A stretch of DNA of 64,000 nt from an uncultured bacterium (GTDB lineage Bacteria > Babelota > Babeliae > Babelales > Babelaceae): the NCBI GenBank assembly GCA_963722385.1, contig CAVRKK010000002.1, positions 864,001 to 928,000 on the forward strand, in the 5' to 3' direction. Numbering within the stretch: position 1 is the stretch's first letter; each line of letters opens with the position of its first letter. Below the pieces are notes generated by a model. That model had not been told where the DNA came from, made no database searches, and saw nothing but the letters and a program-made list of their open reading frames with translations. The position numbers and the translations under genes are program-made. This document shows positions 24,868-35,012 of this stretch, in pieces.

Positions 24868-27129
24868 ATGAAACTCAGTATTGCACCCGAGATCCTGAGG
24901 GACTTCCCCGGGCTTACCATTGGTATCGTGGTTGCACATGGAAGCGACAATAGTCAGCAACACGAGGCGATTGAGCATTTGTTGCGTAGCCAAGAAGAAC
25001 TTATAACCAAAGCACTCACCAAAGAAAAGCTTGGTCAGCATCCGGCAATTCTGGTATGGCGTGCAGCCTATAAAAATTTTGGTGCACGGCCGAAAGACCA
25101 CCTCTCATCCGTTGAGAAGCTGGCCCAGCGTGTGCTAACTGGCCATCAGTTGCCCGCTATTAATTCTTTCGTTGATATCTATAATTATGTTTCGTTGAAA
25201 TACCTTCTGCCTGTTGGTGGGGAAGACCTTGATACCATCGAAGGTGATATCTCACTTGCCTATGCGGGCCCCCATGAGCCACCGGTACGCTTGCTGGGTG
25301 AATCAGAAGCTCGCCAACCAACACCAGGTGAAATTATATATAAGGACGCTAAGAGTGCGCTCTGCCGCCGCTGGAACTGGAAAGAGGCCGACCGGACCAA
25401 AATAATACCAACGACCAAGCACGCTATCTTTGTCGTTGAATTACTACCACCTGTCGATGCGCGTATCGTCAAAAGTGCGACGTATGAGCTGGCGGCTCTC
25501 ATTAAGCGCTTCTGCCAAGGGACAGTAAGCGTGGCTTTCTTAGATGAGCAACATCCCGAGGTTGTCCTCAAGCAGGATAATCACTATACCGAACTTCAGC
25601 ACCCATCAAAAGACTTTGCACTCGAGATCTCAGCTTATGCATTGCCTGAGGAAATGCATGAAGAGGAAGATATCTCTTCTGAACATGCCATACGTGCCGA
25701 AAAAGTACGCTTACTGCGCAAGGAAGGATATGAACCCTGGCCGGCAGGCAAGCCGGTAAGCGCTACCTGTGCAGAGATTGTTGCCGCTTTTGAGGCTGAT
25801 AATCAGAGTAAAGCTTATCAAGTAGCAGGGCGCGTTATGTCGCTGCGCATACATGGCAAAGCGGCATTTGCCGATATCCAAGATCGCTCGGGCAAGATCC
25901 AGGTACATATTAAGCAGGATGCCGTAGGCCATGAGCAGTTTTTGTTTTTTACAACGTTTATTGACGTTGGGGATATTCTGTGGTGCTCGGGCTCCACGTT
26001 CAGAACAAAAACGGGTCAGGTAACGCTTGAGGTTGAAAGCTTTAGCTTGCTCAGCAAGAGTCTCTATCCCTTGCCAGAAAAATTTCATGGGCTTACCCAT
26101 ATCGAGACCAAGTATCGCCAGCGGTACCTTGATTTGATCATTAATCCTACAACGCGAGCACGCTTTAGAAAGCGTACTGCCGTTATAAAATATATTCGTT
26201 GTTATTTAGATAAGCACGACTTTATTGAAGTGGAGACACCTATGCTGCATCCCATTGCTGGTGGTGCGGCAGCACGGCCCTTTATTACTCACCATAATGC
26301 TTTAAATACTGATTTTTACTTGCGTATCGCACCCGAATTGTACCTCAAGCGTTTGGTGATTGGCGGTATCGAACGCGTGTATGAGATTAATCGCAATTTC
26401 CGTAATGAGGGTGTCTCAACACGGCATAATCCCGAATTTACCATGCTTGAATTTTATATGGCATATCAGGATTATCATTTTATTATGGACTTTGTTGAAA
26501 ACCTGCTGCGGTCTTTGATACGAGCAGTATGCGGATCACTCCAGATACCGTACGAGCAGTATACACTCGACTTTGAGCAGCCCTTTTTGCGTATGCCAAT
26601 GCGCCAAGCTCTGATAACGTATGCTGGATTGAGCGAGCAGGAACTCACTCCTCGCATGCTTGATGCAACCCTTGCTGCGCATAAGCTTAAAGTTGACCAG
26701 CATGCTTCTGAGGGTGAAAAAATATATGCTCTTTTTGAGGAGCTTGCTGAGTCAAAGCTGATCCAGCCCATCTTTATTACTGATTTTCCTATTGAGGTCT
26801 CACCGCTGTCGAAACGAGATGTGCAAAATCCTATGCTTGCAGCGCGTTTTGAGCTCTTTATTGCTGGTATGGAGCTCAGTAATGGCTTCAATGAGCTTAA
26901 TGATCCCTACGACCAGGCTGAGCGATTTAAAGAGCAAGTAGCTGCTCATGCTCGAGGAAATAAGGAGGCGCACCAGTATGACAGCGACTATGTCCATGCG
27001 CTTGAGTATGCTCTTCCTCCTACGGTGGGCGTTGGTATCGGTATCGATCGGCTGGTTATGCTGTTGACCAATACCCCCTCTATTAAAGAAGTCATTCTGT
27101 TTCCAACGCTTAAGCGCAAAGAAGGCTAA
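24868..27129 (+). CDS. lysS: Lysine--tRNA ligase (class II) fused to an N-terminal B3/4 domain
   Basis: C-terminal ~490 aa: YRQRYLDL, EVETPML, LRIAPELYLKRL, FRNEG, HNPEFTMLE, GIGIDRL; N-terminal ~230 aa: WRAAYKNFG, SSVEKL, INSFVDIYNYVSL, PVGGEDLD, CRRWNWKE. Confidence 0.95.
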   Translation: MKLSIAPEILRDFPGLTIGIVVAHGSDNSQQHEAIEHLLRSQEELITKALTKEKLGQHPAILVWRAAYKNFGARPKDHLSSVEKLAQRVLTGHQLPAINSFVDIYNYVSLKYLLPVGGEDLDTIEGDISLAYAGPHEPPVRLLGESEARQPTPGEIIYKDAKSALCRRWNWKEADRTKIIPTTKHAIFVVELLPPVDARIVKSATYELAALIKRFCQGTVSVAFLDEQHPEVVLKQDNHYTELQHPSKDFALEISAYALPEEMHEEEDISSEHAIRAEKVRLLRKEGYEPWPAGKPVSATCAEIVAAFEADNQSKAYQVAGRVMSLRIHGKAAFADIQDRSGKIQVHIKQDAVGHEQFLFFTTFIDVGDILWCSGSTFRTKTGQVTLEVESFSLLSKSLYPLPEKFHGLTHIETKYRQRYLDLIINPTTRARFRKRTAVIKYIRCYLDKHDFIEVETPMLHPIAGGAAARPFITHHNALNTDFYLRIAPELYLKRLVIGGIERVYEINRNFRNEGVSTRHNPEFTMLEFYMAYQDYHFIMDFVENLLRSLIRAVCGSLQIPYEQYTLDFEQPFLRMPMRQALITYAGLSEQELTPRMLDATLAAHKLKVDQHASEGEKIYALFEELAESKLIQPIFITDFPIEVSPLSKRDVQNPMLAARFELFIAGMELSNGFNELNDPYDQAERFKEQVAAHARGNKEAHQYDSDYVHALEYALPPTVGVGIGIDRLVMLLTNTPSIKEVILFPTLKRKEG

Positions 27130-27130
27130 G

Positions 27131-28855
27131 ATGCTTCAGGGAGAAAAATACCGTTGGCTTCTAGCGCAACCCGATGAACAGCTTATACGTGCGCTTGCTT
27201 TACGCTTTAACCTATCTATACCTGTTATACAGACGCTTATTAATCGCCGCTTAACGACGGTGGAAGTTATCGAGCGATTCCTCTTTAGCAGCAAAGAAAA
27301 AGATGTCGGCCATGCGGGCAGGCTTAAGGACGCCGAAAAGGCGGTTGATCGTATTATGTATGCGATTAAGTATAAAGAAAAAATGTTGATTTGTGGCGAT
27401 TATGATGTTGATGGTATCACTTCATCGGCGCTCATTTTGAGCTGCCTTTTGCCCTTAGATGCCTCGGTGAACTTTTTCTTGCCCAACCGAGTACGCGATG
27501 GCTACGGTTTATCGACAACAACAGTTGAGCGTGCTGCGCGCAATGGTTATCGCGTAATCATTACCGTTGACAATGGTATCACCGCATTTGAGCCTGCTCT
27601 CGTTGCTAAGCAGCATGGTATAGACCTTATTATTACCGATCATCATCGGCCACATGAGCATGTTCCTGATGCATTTGCCATTGTTAATCCCCATCAGGAA
27701 GACTGCCCCTACCCATTTAAGGGCTTTGCAGGGGTTGGCGTTAGCTTTAAGCTCATGTCGCTTCTCTACGAGCGGCTGAACCTTCCACTACCAGCTCAAG
27801 TCTATGAGCTTTTGCTGTTGGGTACCGTAGCTGATGTTGTACCTTTGGTTGAGGAAAATCGATTTTGGGTTCGCTATGGCCTCCAGCACATCAGAAAGCA
27901 GGAGAGTACGGCATTACAGGTGCTTAAGAAAAATGCGCGCGTTACCAGGCCGGTGATAACTTCGCAGGATATTGGATTTTTTATTACGCCACAGATTAAT
28001 GCGCTCGGCAGACTTGACGATCCTCGGGATGGCGTTAAATTTCTTATGAGTATTGATGCTGCTGAAGTTGAGCGAATTGGTGCCGTCTTGAGCAGTTTCA
28101 ACGAAGCGCGGAAGGCAGTTGAGCGCTCTATCCTTGACGATATCGAGCGTGAGCTCGCTGACATAGACTTTTCGAAAGAGCGCGTTATTGTGGCTTTCAG
28201 TAAACGATGGCCTACGGGGGTTATAGGCCTAGCCGCCTCTCGCTTGGTGAGTGCCTATCATCGGCCTGCTTTCTTGTTTCATATTACGGCGGAAGGAATT
28301 GCTAAAGGCTCGTGTCGGTCAATCCCAGCATTTAATATTTTTAACGCGCTGACTACTCTACGTGATATGTTAATTACCTTTGGCGGCCATGCGGTGGCCG
28401 CAGGTCTTTCTTTACCAGCGGTACGCTTGCCAGAGTTTAAAGCACGGCTCGAAGAGCTCGTTGATAAAGCATTAACTCCCGATGACCTGTTGCCGACCTT
28501 GCATATTGATGCAGAACTGCCATTACGTGAAGCTAACAGCAAGCTTATGGCGGACTTAGCGTATTTAGAGCCGTTTGGTTGTGAAAATAGTGTACCTCTC
28601 TTTTACGTACGCCAGGTGACGTTATTGGGTCAGCCACAGCTTCTTAAAGAAGCCCATGTAAAATGCACCGTGTTTTCTGATGGTATTGCCAAGCCGGTTA
28701 TTTTTTTCAACAGGCCAGAGCTGTATAAAAAATTACAGGAGGCAGAAGCGATGAGTTGTAGCTTGGTTGTGCACGCACTTGAAAATCATTGGAACAATGA
28801 GACTCGCATTGAATTACAGGGCATTGATATTGTGCTCGGTGAGGAAGCATTATGA
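27131..28855 (+). CDS. recJ: Single-stranded-DNA exonuclease RecJ
   Basis: GDYDVDG, TVDNG, TDHH, GTVADV, INALGRL, GGHAVAAG. Confidence 0.95.
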   Translation: MLQGEKYRWLLAQPDEQLIRALALRFNLSIPVIQTLINRRLTTVEVIERFLFSSKEKDVGHAGRLKDAEKAVDRIMYAIKYKEKMLICGDYDVDGITSSALILSCLLPLDASVNFFLPNRVRDGYGLSTTTVERAARNGYRVIITVDNGITAFEPALVAKQHGIDLIITDHHRPHEHVPDAFAIVNPHQEDCPYPFKGFAGVGVSFKLMSLLYERLNLPLPAQVYELLLLGTVADVVPLVEENRFWVRYGLQHIRKQESTALQVLKKNARVTRPVITSQDIGFFITPQINALGRLDDPRDGVKFLMSIDAAEVERIGAVLSSFNEARKAVERSILDDIERELADIDFSKERVIVAFSKRWPTGVIGLAASRLVSAYHRPAFLFHITAEGIAKGSCRSIPAFNIFNALTTLRDMLITFGGHAVAAGLSLPAVRLPEFKARLEELVDKALTPDDLLPTLHIDAELPLREANSKLMADLAYLEPFGCENSVPLFYVRQVTLLGQPQLLKEAHVKCTVFSDGIAKPVIFFNRPELYKKLQEAEAMSCSLVVHALENHWNNETRIELQGIDIVLGEEAL

Positions 28856-29541
28856 TTATCACCATTGATGGCCCTGCGGCGAGCGGCAAGTCTTCGGCGG
28901 CACGCTTATTGGCAAAAGATTTGGGCTATAAGTATCTTGGTACCGGGTTACTCTATCGTGCACTTGCGTATCTTTTAGTAAAGCATTACGGGTACACGGT
29001 TAAAACTATTGTACACCCAACGTCGATCGATATTACGCACGTTTTGGATGGGCATGTTTTCCAGTATTGCCATGTTGGTGATGTGTCAAGCATTGAATAT
29101 AAGGGTGTTGATATTACGGCGCACCTCAAGGCACCTGATGTTGATGAATGGTCGTCGCTCATTAGCCAAAATACTCAGGTACGTATCATGATCGTGAGCT
29201 TGGCAAGAAAATGCGCAGAAGGTAAGAACATGATTGCTGAGGGACGTGACTGCGGCTCGGTGATTTTTCCGCAAGCTGCATACAAATTCTTTCTCACCGC
29301 GTCGCTCGACGTTCGTGCCGAACGGTGGCAAGAGAGCCAGCGGCATCATGGAATTGTTGTGCCATTTGATCAAGCGCGTGCTTTTATCGTAGAGCGAGAT
29401 GAGCGTGATATGACACGTAAAGTCGATCCGCTCGTTATTCCCCCGGGGGCTAAAGTAATCGATAACTCAACGTTAAGCCTTGAGCAGACGGTAGAGCTGC
29501 TTAAGAGCTTTATTGTGCAAAAGCATAATCATAACCACTAG
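28852..29541 (+). CDS. cmk: Cytidylate kinase
   Basis: IDGPAASGKSS, EGRDCGSVIFP, ERDERD. Confidence 0.93.
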   Translation: MIITIDGPAASGKSSAARLLAKDLGYKYLGTGLLYRALAYLLVKHYGYTVKTIVHPTSIDITHVLDGHVFQYCHVGDVSSIEYKGVDITAHLKAPDVDEWSSLISQNTQVRIMIVSLARKCAEGKNMIAEGRDCGSVIFPQAAYKFFLTASLDVRAERWQESQRHHGIVVPFDQARAFIVERDERDMTRKVDPLVIPPGAKVIDNSTLSLEQTVELLKSFIVQKHNHNH

Positions 29542-29823
29542 GTTAAAGCCTATTCGTGACTTGGTGCTCGAGGAAGGGAGCTGCTTCTTCCTCTTCTTCC
29601 CCGCGGGGAACTATTATAGGTTCCTGATGGCGCTCTTCTGTTTCCTCTTCCCCATTTTTGAGCACGGCGGAAAAAGAGCAGTATTGCGCTCGCCTAAGTT
29701 GCTATTGTAGCAGGTATTGGATCAATACATAAAGAAGCGTAATGGCTATCTTAGTGAAGGCGAGCGGTGGTGCTTTGTTGCTTTCCATGGGTCTCTGGTA
29801 GCCTAACTCTCCCCATGGCGCTC

Positions 29824-29852
29824 TTGACAAATCATGCATTGCAATGTAGGAT
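29824..29852 (+). promoter_or_regulatory. Sigma70-like promoter for AAA ATPase gene
   Basis: TTGACA-N17-TAGGAT. Confidence 0.6.
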
Positions 29853-29873
29853 TTGTCAAAAACAGAAAAGGTC

Positions 29874-31052
29874 ATGATGTTTAAAAGAGAGCTAGCGCAT
29901 ATAATCAAACAAAGGGCGGAAAAGATACCAGTCATTGGGATTCTAGGTCCTCGTCAATCAGGTAAGACTACTCTTGCTCAAAAGGTATTTGATAAGCATA
30001 CGTATATATCTTTAGAAAGCTATGATGAACGAGAATTCGCATCAAAGGACCCCCATCGATTTATAGAAACATATAAGAGTTCTTCTGGGATCATACTTGA
30101 TGAAATTCAGCATGTTCCTACCTTATTATCGTATATACAGACCTACGTAGACAAAGAACATAAGCCAGGCTCTGTGGTGCTAACGGGATCACAGAATATT
30201 TTAGTCAACCAAGCGATATCTCAAACGCTAGCGGGCAGGATTGGGCTTTTTACTCTTCTGCCCTTGTCTATTGCCGAACTATCGACCAATTCTCTTCTTC
30301 CAAGGACGGTAGAAGAACTTGCCTTTAAAGGGAGCTATCCGCGTATTTATGCATATGATCTTGAGCCTAATCCTTGGTATCTAGACTATATAGAGACCTA
30401 TGTTGAGCGGGATGTGCGTCAGGTTGGGAATATAATCAATTTGAGGCTCTTCAGAAAATTTCTGAAAATATGTGCTGGTCGTATAGGTCAGCTTCTTAAT
30501 TATACGTCTCTCGCTAACGATTGTGGCATTGATCAACGAACAGCCCAAGCATGGATTTTTATCTTGGAAGCAAGCTATATAATTTTTCTTTTGCCTCCCC
30601 ATCATAATAATCTTAATAAGCGTTTGATTAGATCACCAAAACTTTATTTTTACGATACTGGTCTCGCGTGTGCTTTGCTTGAAATTCTGTCGGTTAGCCA
30701 ACTGAATACTCATTATTTGAGGGGAAGCCTTATAGAATCGTTAATAATAGCGGATATCTATAAATATTATTATAACTGCGGACGGAGGCCTGTTGTTGAT
30801 TTTTGGCGTGACCAGACGGGCAATGAAATCGATTGCCTCATTACCCGCGACAATCAGCTGGTGCCTATTGAAATTAAGGCCGGCAAAACGATAGCGAGCG
30901 ATTTTTTTAAAGGGCTGCTCTATTGGGCTCGTCTTACCGAGCAGGAACCTCCAATCGGGTATGTTATTTATGGTGGCTTGCAAAATCAACAAAGAGCTCA
31001 GGCAACAGTGCTCAGCTGGCAGCAGGTTGGTGCTCTTTTTGGTTCTACCTGA
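29874..31052 (+). CDS. AAA+ ATPase with DUF4143 and C-terminal PD-(D/E)xK-like motif
   Basis: GPRQSGKTT, LDEIQ, TGSQ, PKLYFYDTG, EIDCL...PIEIK. Confidence 0.9.
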   Translation: MMFKRELAHIIKQRAEKIPVIGILGPRQSGKTTLAQKVFDKHTYISLESYDEREFASKDPHRFIETYKSSSGIILDEIQHVPTLLSYIQTYVDKEHKPGSVVLTGSQNILVNQAISQTLAGRIGLFTLLPLSIAELSTNSLLPRTVEELAFKGSYPRIYAYDLEPNPWYLDYIETYVERDVRQVGNIINLRLFRKFLKICAGRIGQLLNYTSLANDCGIDQRTAQAWIFILEASYIIFLLPPHHNNLNKRLIRSPKLYFYDTGLACALLEILSVSQLNTHYLRGSLIESLIIADIYKYYYNCGRRPVVDFWRDQTGNEIDCLITRDNQLVPIEIKAGKTIASDFFKGLLYWARLTEQEPPIGYVIYGGLQNQQRAQATVLSWQQVGALFGST

Positions 31053-31234
31053 TTCTTCAAGCAGAATATCTTGCTTTTCCAACTCAGCTTCAATTTCTTC
31101 AATCGTTCGAACACCATTGCAATAGAACTAAAGGGAGAGAAGGAAGAAAGCTCATGATAGACTATGAGGGTTGATTATTATATTATTGATAATATATATT
31201 AAATATGATAGTATTAAATTTGAAAGGATAAGCT

Positions 31235-31456
31235 ATGAAAACAAAAAATGTAACATTTAGCCTTCCAGAAAATGTAATTGATATGATGCATTCCCTTATT
31301 GGAAAACAAAAAATGAGCAGCTTTGCAGCCCAGGCTCTTGAGCAAGCTCTTGAACAAAAGAAAGAATCTTTAAGAAAACAGTATACCGAGGCAGCCCAGG
31401 ATGCAGATAGACTAAAAACAATTGAAGAATGGTCTGTAACAGATGTAGAAGGTTGA
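31235..31456 (+). CDS. Ribbon-helix-helix antitoxin of MazEF/PemIK-type pair
   Basis: 73 aa, KNVTFSLP..KMSSF; immediately upstream of PemK toxin. Confidence 0.75.
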   Translation: MKTKNVTFSLPENVIDMMHSLIGKQKMSSFAAQALEQALEQKKESLRKQYTEAAQDADRLKTIEEWSVTDVEG

Positions 31457-31458
31457 GA

Positions 31459-31797
31459 ATGAGTTATACTTTTCCTCTCCGAGGCGAGGTTTACTGGGTG
31501 AATTTAGATCCTACAATAGGAACCGAAATTAAAAAAACGAGGCCTGGAGTAATCATTTCAAATGACATAGGAAACGAACTTTTGCCACGCGTTATTATAG
31601 CGCCGGTGACATCCTCTGTCGCTAAAATTTTTGATTTTGAAGTTAAGGTTCAAATTAATAACCTAAGTGGAAAGATATTGCTAGATCAAATTAGGGCAAT
31701 CGATAAAAAAAGATTGGGCAAAAAAATAACAAAATTGGATAGGGACACATTATATCAAGTTGATGAAGCACTCAAAATTGCGCTTGATTTATTATAA
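31459..31797 (+). CDS. mazF: PemK/MazF family endoribonuclease toxin
   Basis: RGEVYWVNLDPTIGTEIKKTRPGVIISND, DQIRAIDKKRL. Confidence 0.92.
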   Translation: MSYTFPLRGEVYWVNLDPTIGTEIKKTRPGVIISNDIGNELLPRVIIAPVTSSVAKIFDFEVKVQINNLSGKILLDQIRAIDKKRLGKKITKLDRDTLYQVDEALKIALDLL

Positions 31798-31949
31798 GTT
31801 ATAGCATGGCGCCTCTTTAGGGCATGGAACATGTCTTGAAAGTCAAGCATGAATTAAACGACATTTAAGATATTGGCAATCTACTTTCTGCTTGAGGTTC
31901 ACATTCGCAAGCCTCGCGAAACGCATCTTAAAGTAGGTTAAGAAGCCAA

Positions 31950-32372
31950 TTACCAAATGCGAACAATACTTTCATTAGATGGGTTTGCTGCCTTACGTAG
32001 TCTTTCATAATTATCAAGAGAAAACCTTGTTCTCCCTCGCTCATATTGCGCATAGGCATTTGGGGTTGTTCCAAGACGATGAGCAGATTCACGTACCGTA
32101 GATCCGCTTTTCTCTCGTTGGCGCTTTAAAGACAAAGCCAAAAGAGGGCTACTATCGGTTGCTGTTACGCCAATATTATTTTTTCTGTGTTCTTTAACGG
32201 TAATATCAAAGTTTTTGTTTAAGTCAAAATAATGTCTCAAGAGATTCAAAATCGCATCTTTAATCATTTCTATTGTGTCTTCTCTTGAGGTTCCTTGTGT
32301 CATAAGATCGAGGCTTGGTACTTCCACCAACCAGTCCTTTTTACTTTTCCAGACTCTTCCTTGTAATTCCAT
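31950..32372 (-). CDS. hicB: HicB-like antitoxin with C-terminal HTH
   Basis: WLVEVPSLDLMTQGTSREDTIEMIKDAI plus Xre-type HTH (STVRESAHRLG..YAQYERG). Confidence 0.8.
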   Translation of the reverse strand: MELQGRVWKSKKDWLVEVPSLDLMTQGTSREDTIEMIKDAILNLLRHYFDLNKNFDITVKEHRKNNIGVTATDSSPLLALSLKRQREKSGSTVRESAHRLGTTPNAYAQYERGRTRFSLDNYERLRKAANPSNESIVRIW

Positions 32373-32376
32373 GTTA

Positions 32377-32567
32377 TTATCCTTCTTTCTTAGGAGGATT
32401 ACTCCGTGCTTTTCTTAAAATCTTGCGTGCGAGACGTTCATTTATTTTGTTATGCCTTGGAACTTGCTCGATCATATTTCCATTGGTCCAAATATCATGA
32501 TCTCCTCCATGGCGTCGAAACACCAGCCGCAGTTTACTAACGCTCTTTCAAGATCTCTTTTTTTCAT
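32377..32567 (-). pseudogene. hicA: HicA toxin, frameshifted (1-nt deletion near 32518-32521)
   Basis: MKKRDLERALVNCGWC(fs)RRHGGDHDIWTNGNMIEQVPRHNKINERLARKILRKA; span is 191 nt. Confidence 0.85.
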
Positions 32568-33395
32568 ATTCTCACTTCTAATCATGTATAAATCTATGTG
32601 CAAAGTCAATAAAATATACATAAATTTATATACAAGATCAAGCAATTTGCTTGTAAAATATCGATCATCACGTTGTTTATCTCCTTAACGTACTTTATCC
32701 TCCAAAGCAGTGCCGTGTACAATTATGAGGTGGCCACTACGCATCCCCCAGTAGAAAAAGTCTCTCGTTTTAATTTCGACACTCTCTTTTGCTCGATATT
32801 GCGGAATGCCGAACAAGTGCCAAAATCATACCAAAAATGCCCCAAGTTAAACGAAAATATGGCGGCCAATGGATCGCAACAAGAAATTCATTCCAAGGCC
32901 CAAATTTGTTCGTATTTCAAGAAGCAGTCTAATAGCAATTCACTCTGTAAAAAAGTAGCTTCAGCGCAAATATTTTCCTGATTGGCTGCTTGCTTTTTTG
33001 TCTTTGCTTGCTTCTGTATGTCGTTTATTTACACCAGAGGAGTCATTGAACGTTCGACTAGGTTGTGAGTGTCTTATTAAAAAGTCTTCTTATGACGCTT
33101 TTAAGCAACGATGAGCTCTTTGATCAATCATTATATTTGATTTCAGCAGCTTCATGTATGTTGATTTGAATATCATATTTGACTTTCGATTCCTCCATGT
33201 GCGCTGGATACCACTTGATCTTGTCAACACAAGCATTGGCAAAAATTGACTGCAAACCTATTTTTCAACTAAATCTTTAACGATATACTGATTGTCCTCG
33301 CTAGATTGATGAGATATAGTTATTGGTGTGATTGACAAATCGACTATTAGTATTACTATTAATAATAATAAAATCAACGCTTTAGCAGGTTTTTA

Positions 33396-34790
33396 ATGAA
33401 AAAATTACTAATAATTTTACTTGGAATAATAGCAAACAGCATTTTCGTAGGTTTAATAGGGATGGAAAAACAAAACGATTCTCCTCAAATACCTCAAAAT
33501 GTAGAAAATGCTAATAAGATGCTGTTAGATGCCGCAAAGCGAATCGACATAAAGCTTGTACAACAAGCTCTTCTTGCCGGAGCCGATGTGAATATGCTCG
33601 GTGATGGTAAATATACACCATTACACGAAGCTATTGCTTGTGATTTTTTGGCAATGCAGAGTGAGCGCTTGAACGTGGTAAGATTACTCATTGAGCACGG
33701 CGCCAACGTAGATGCTCAAAGTAAGTCATTAAGTACGCCATTACATGTAGCTGTTGTGCGGAGAAATGTTGACATAGTAAAACTGCTTATTGAGAAGGGA
33801 GCAAACATCGATGCTCAATCTGACGATGGAGACACCCCGCTTCATGATGCCGTTTGGCAGGGATGTTTCGACCTAGCAGAAGTGCTTATAAGTAATGGTG
33901 CTAATGTCAATCTTCGAAATATGTTCGGACGTACACCTCTCCACCACAGTCAAAGCCTTTTGGATATCGTGGTACTCCTTGCTGAACACGGAGCTAACAT
34001 CAATGCGGGAGATGAAAATCTAATTACGCCACTCTATGTCGCTGCTATTAACCGACACATAAACGTAGTGGAATGGCTAATTGGGCACGGCGGGAAGAGT
34101 ATCAGAAAAATAAGGAGTAATGTGCTCTGTCTAGGAGAAAACTATGGGCTTTCAGAGTATCTGATTAAAGAAATGCTTGCGCAAAGACCAAATAGAGAAA
34201 AATTTATTTTGGCTGATAGAAGGGTTGCAGAAGATGATTTAAATCGCGCATTGCCGCTTGCGGTAGCTCTTGGTCAAGATGAACTATTAGACACCATGTT
34301 ATCCTCTCAATTTAACGCTTATTTAAAACCAGAAGCTCTGGGGCGCGCGTTAACTGCAGCAGCAGCTACAGGGCAGCTTCTACTCTTTATGAGCCTTTAC
34401 GAAAGCATCAGGAAAAATTCTGGTGATGCACGGTTTGTTGCTGCATTAGAAGATGCCTTGTTCTGGGCGGCTCTAAATCGACATGAAGATGTGGTAAATT
34501 CCATTCTTGAGCATGCTTTCGCTCTTGGTCAAGCAGGCAATCTCAACGTACAGAGAGTTGGTCAACATGTTGCCTCTATTCTAAGAAGGCAAACTGATAT
34601 TCCTGAGCCTGAACGAGAAGTACTTACTCGTATTTTGCAAAGACTTGGTACGGCTCGTTGTATAACAACGACATGCCGCCAAGCAACTGCTCTTGATGTT
34701 CTTGCTCAGCTTATTCCTCAACTTCCCTCTGAACTTCTGGTGCTTTTAATGGGATTTTGCCTTACACCCTACCTCAAGAAACAAATTTAA
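33396..34790 (+). CDS. Exported ankyrin-repeat protein with C-terminal F-box-like motif
   Basis: Signal peptide + GMEK; five ankyrin repeats (TPLH x4, TPLY); C-terminal LPSELLVLLMGF; TTGACA promoter at 33332. Confidence 0.9.
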   Translation: MKKLLIILLGIIANSIFVGLIGMEKQNDSPQIPQNVENANKMLLDAAKRIDIKLVQQALLAGADVNMLGDGKYTPLHEAIACDFLAMQSERLNVVRLLIEHGANVDAQSKSLSTPLHVAVVRRNVDIVKLLIEKGANIDAQSDDGDTPLHDAVWQGCFDLAEVLISNGANVNLRNMFGRTPLHHSQSLLDIVVLLAEHGANINAGDENLITPLYVAAINRHINVVEWLIGHGGKSIRKIRSNVLCLGENYGLSEYLIKEMLAQRPNREKFILADRRVAEDDLNRALPLAVALGQDELLDTMLSSQFNAYLKPEALGRALTAAAATGQLLLFMSLYESIRKNSGDARFVAALEDALFWAALNRHEDVVNSILEHAFALGQAGNLNVQRVGQHVASILRRQTDIPEPEREVLTRILQRLGTARCITTTCRQATALDVLAQLIPQLPSELLVLLMGFCLTPYLKKQI

Positions 34791-35012
34791 AGCGGTTTAT
34801 AGCCAACCAGCAAGGATTTCAAAGCAGGCCCGGAAACAGAACTTCCGCAATGAGCTTAAAGATCTGATCCGGGAAACTCAGTAAAAGCTTACAAATTTCA
34901 CATATTTAACCACAACTGGCAGGCGATAGTGCGGCGATCTTAAAAGATTTTTTTCTATTATAATTGCGAAACATCAATTGTCAATTAAACAAACGATAGA
35001 GGGTAATTGTAA

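Noticed and set aside
29540..29790. Minus-strand acidic reading frame (FRRAQKWEEETEERHQEP...)
   Set aside because: Interrupted by stops; possibly a gene remnant but unassignable
32673..33240. 102-aa plus ORF and stop-riddled minus frame
   Set aside because: No RBS or motif; likely decayed DNA of unknown origin
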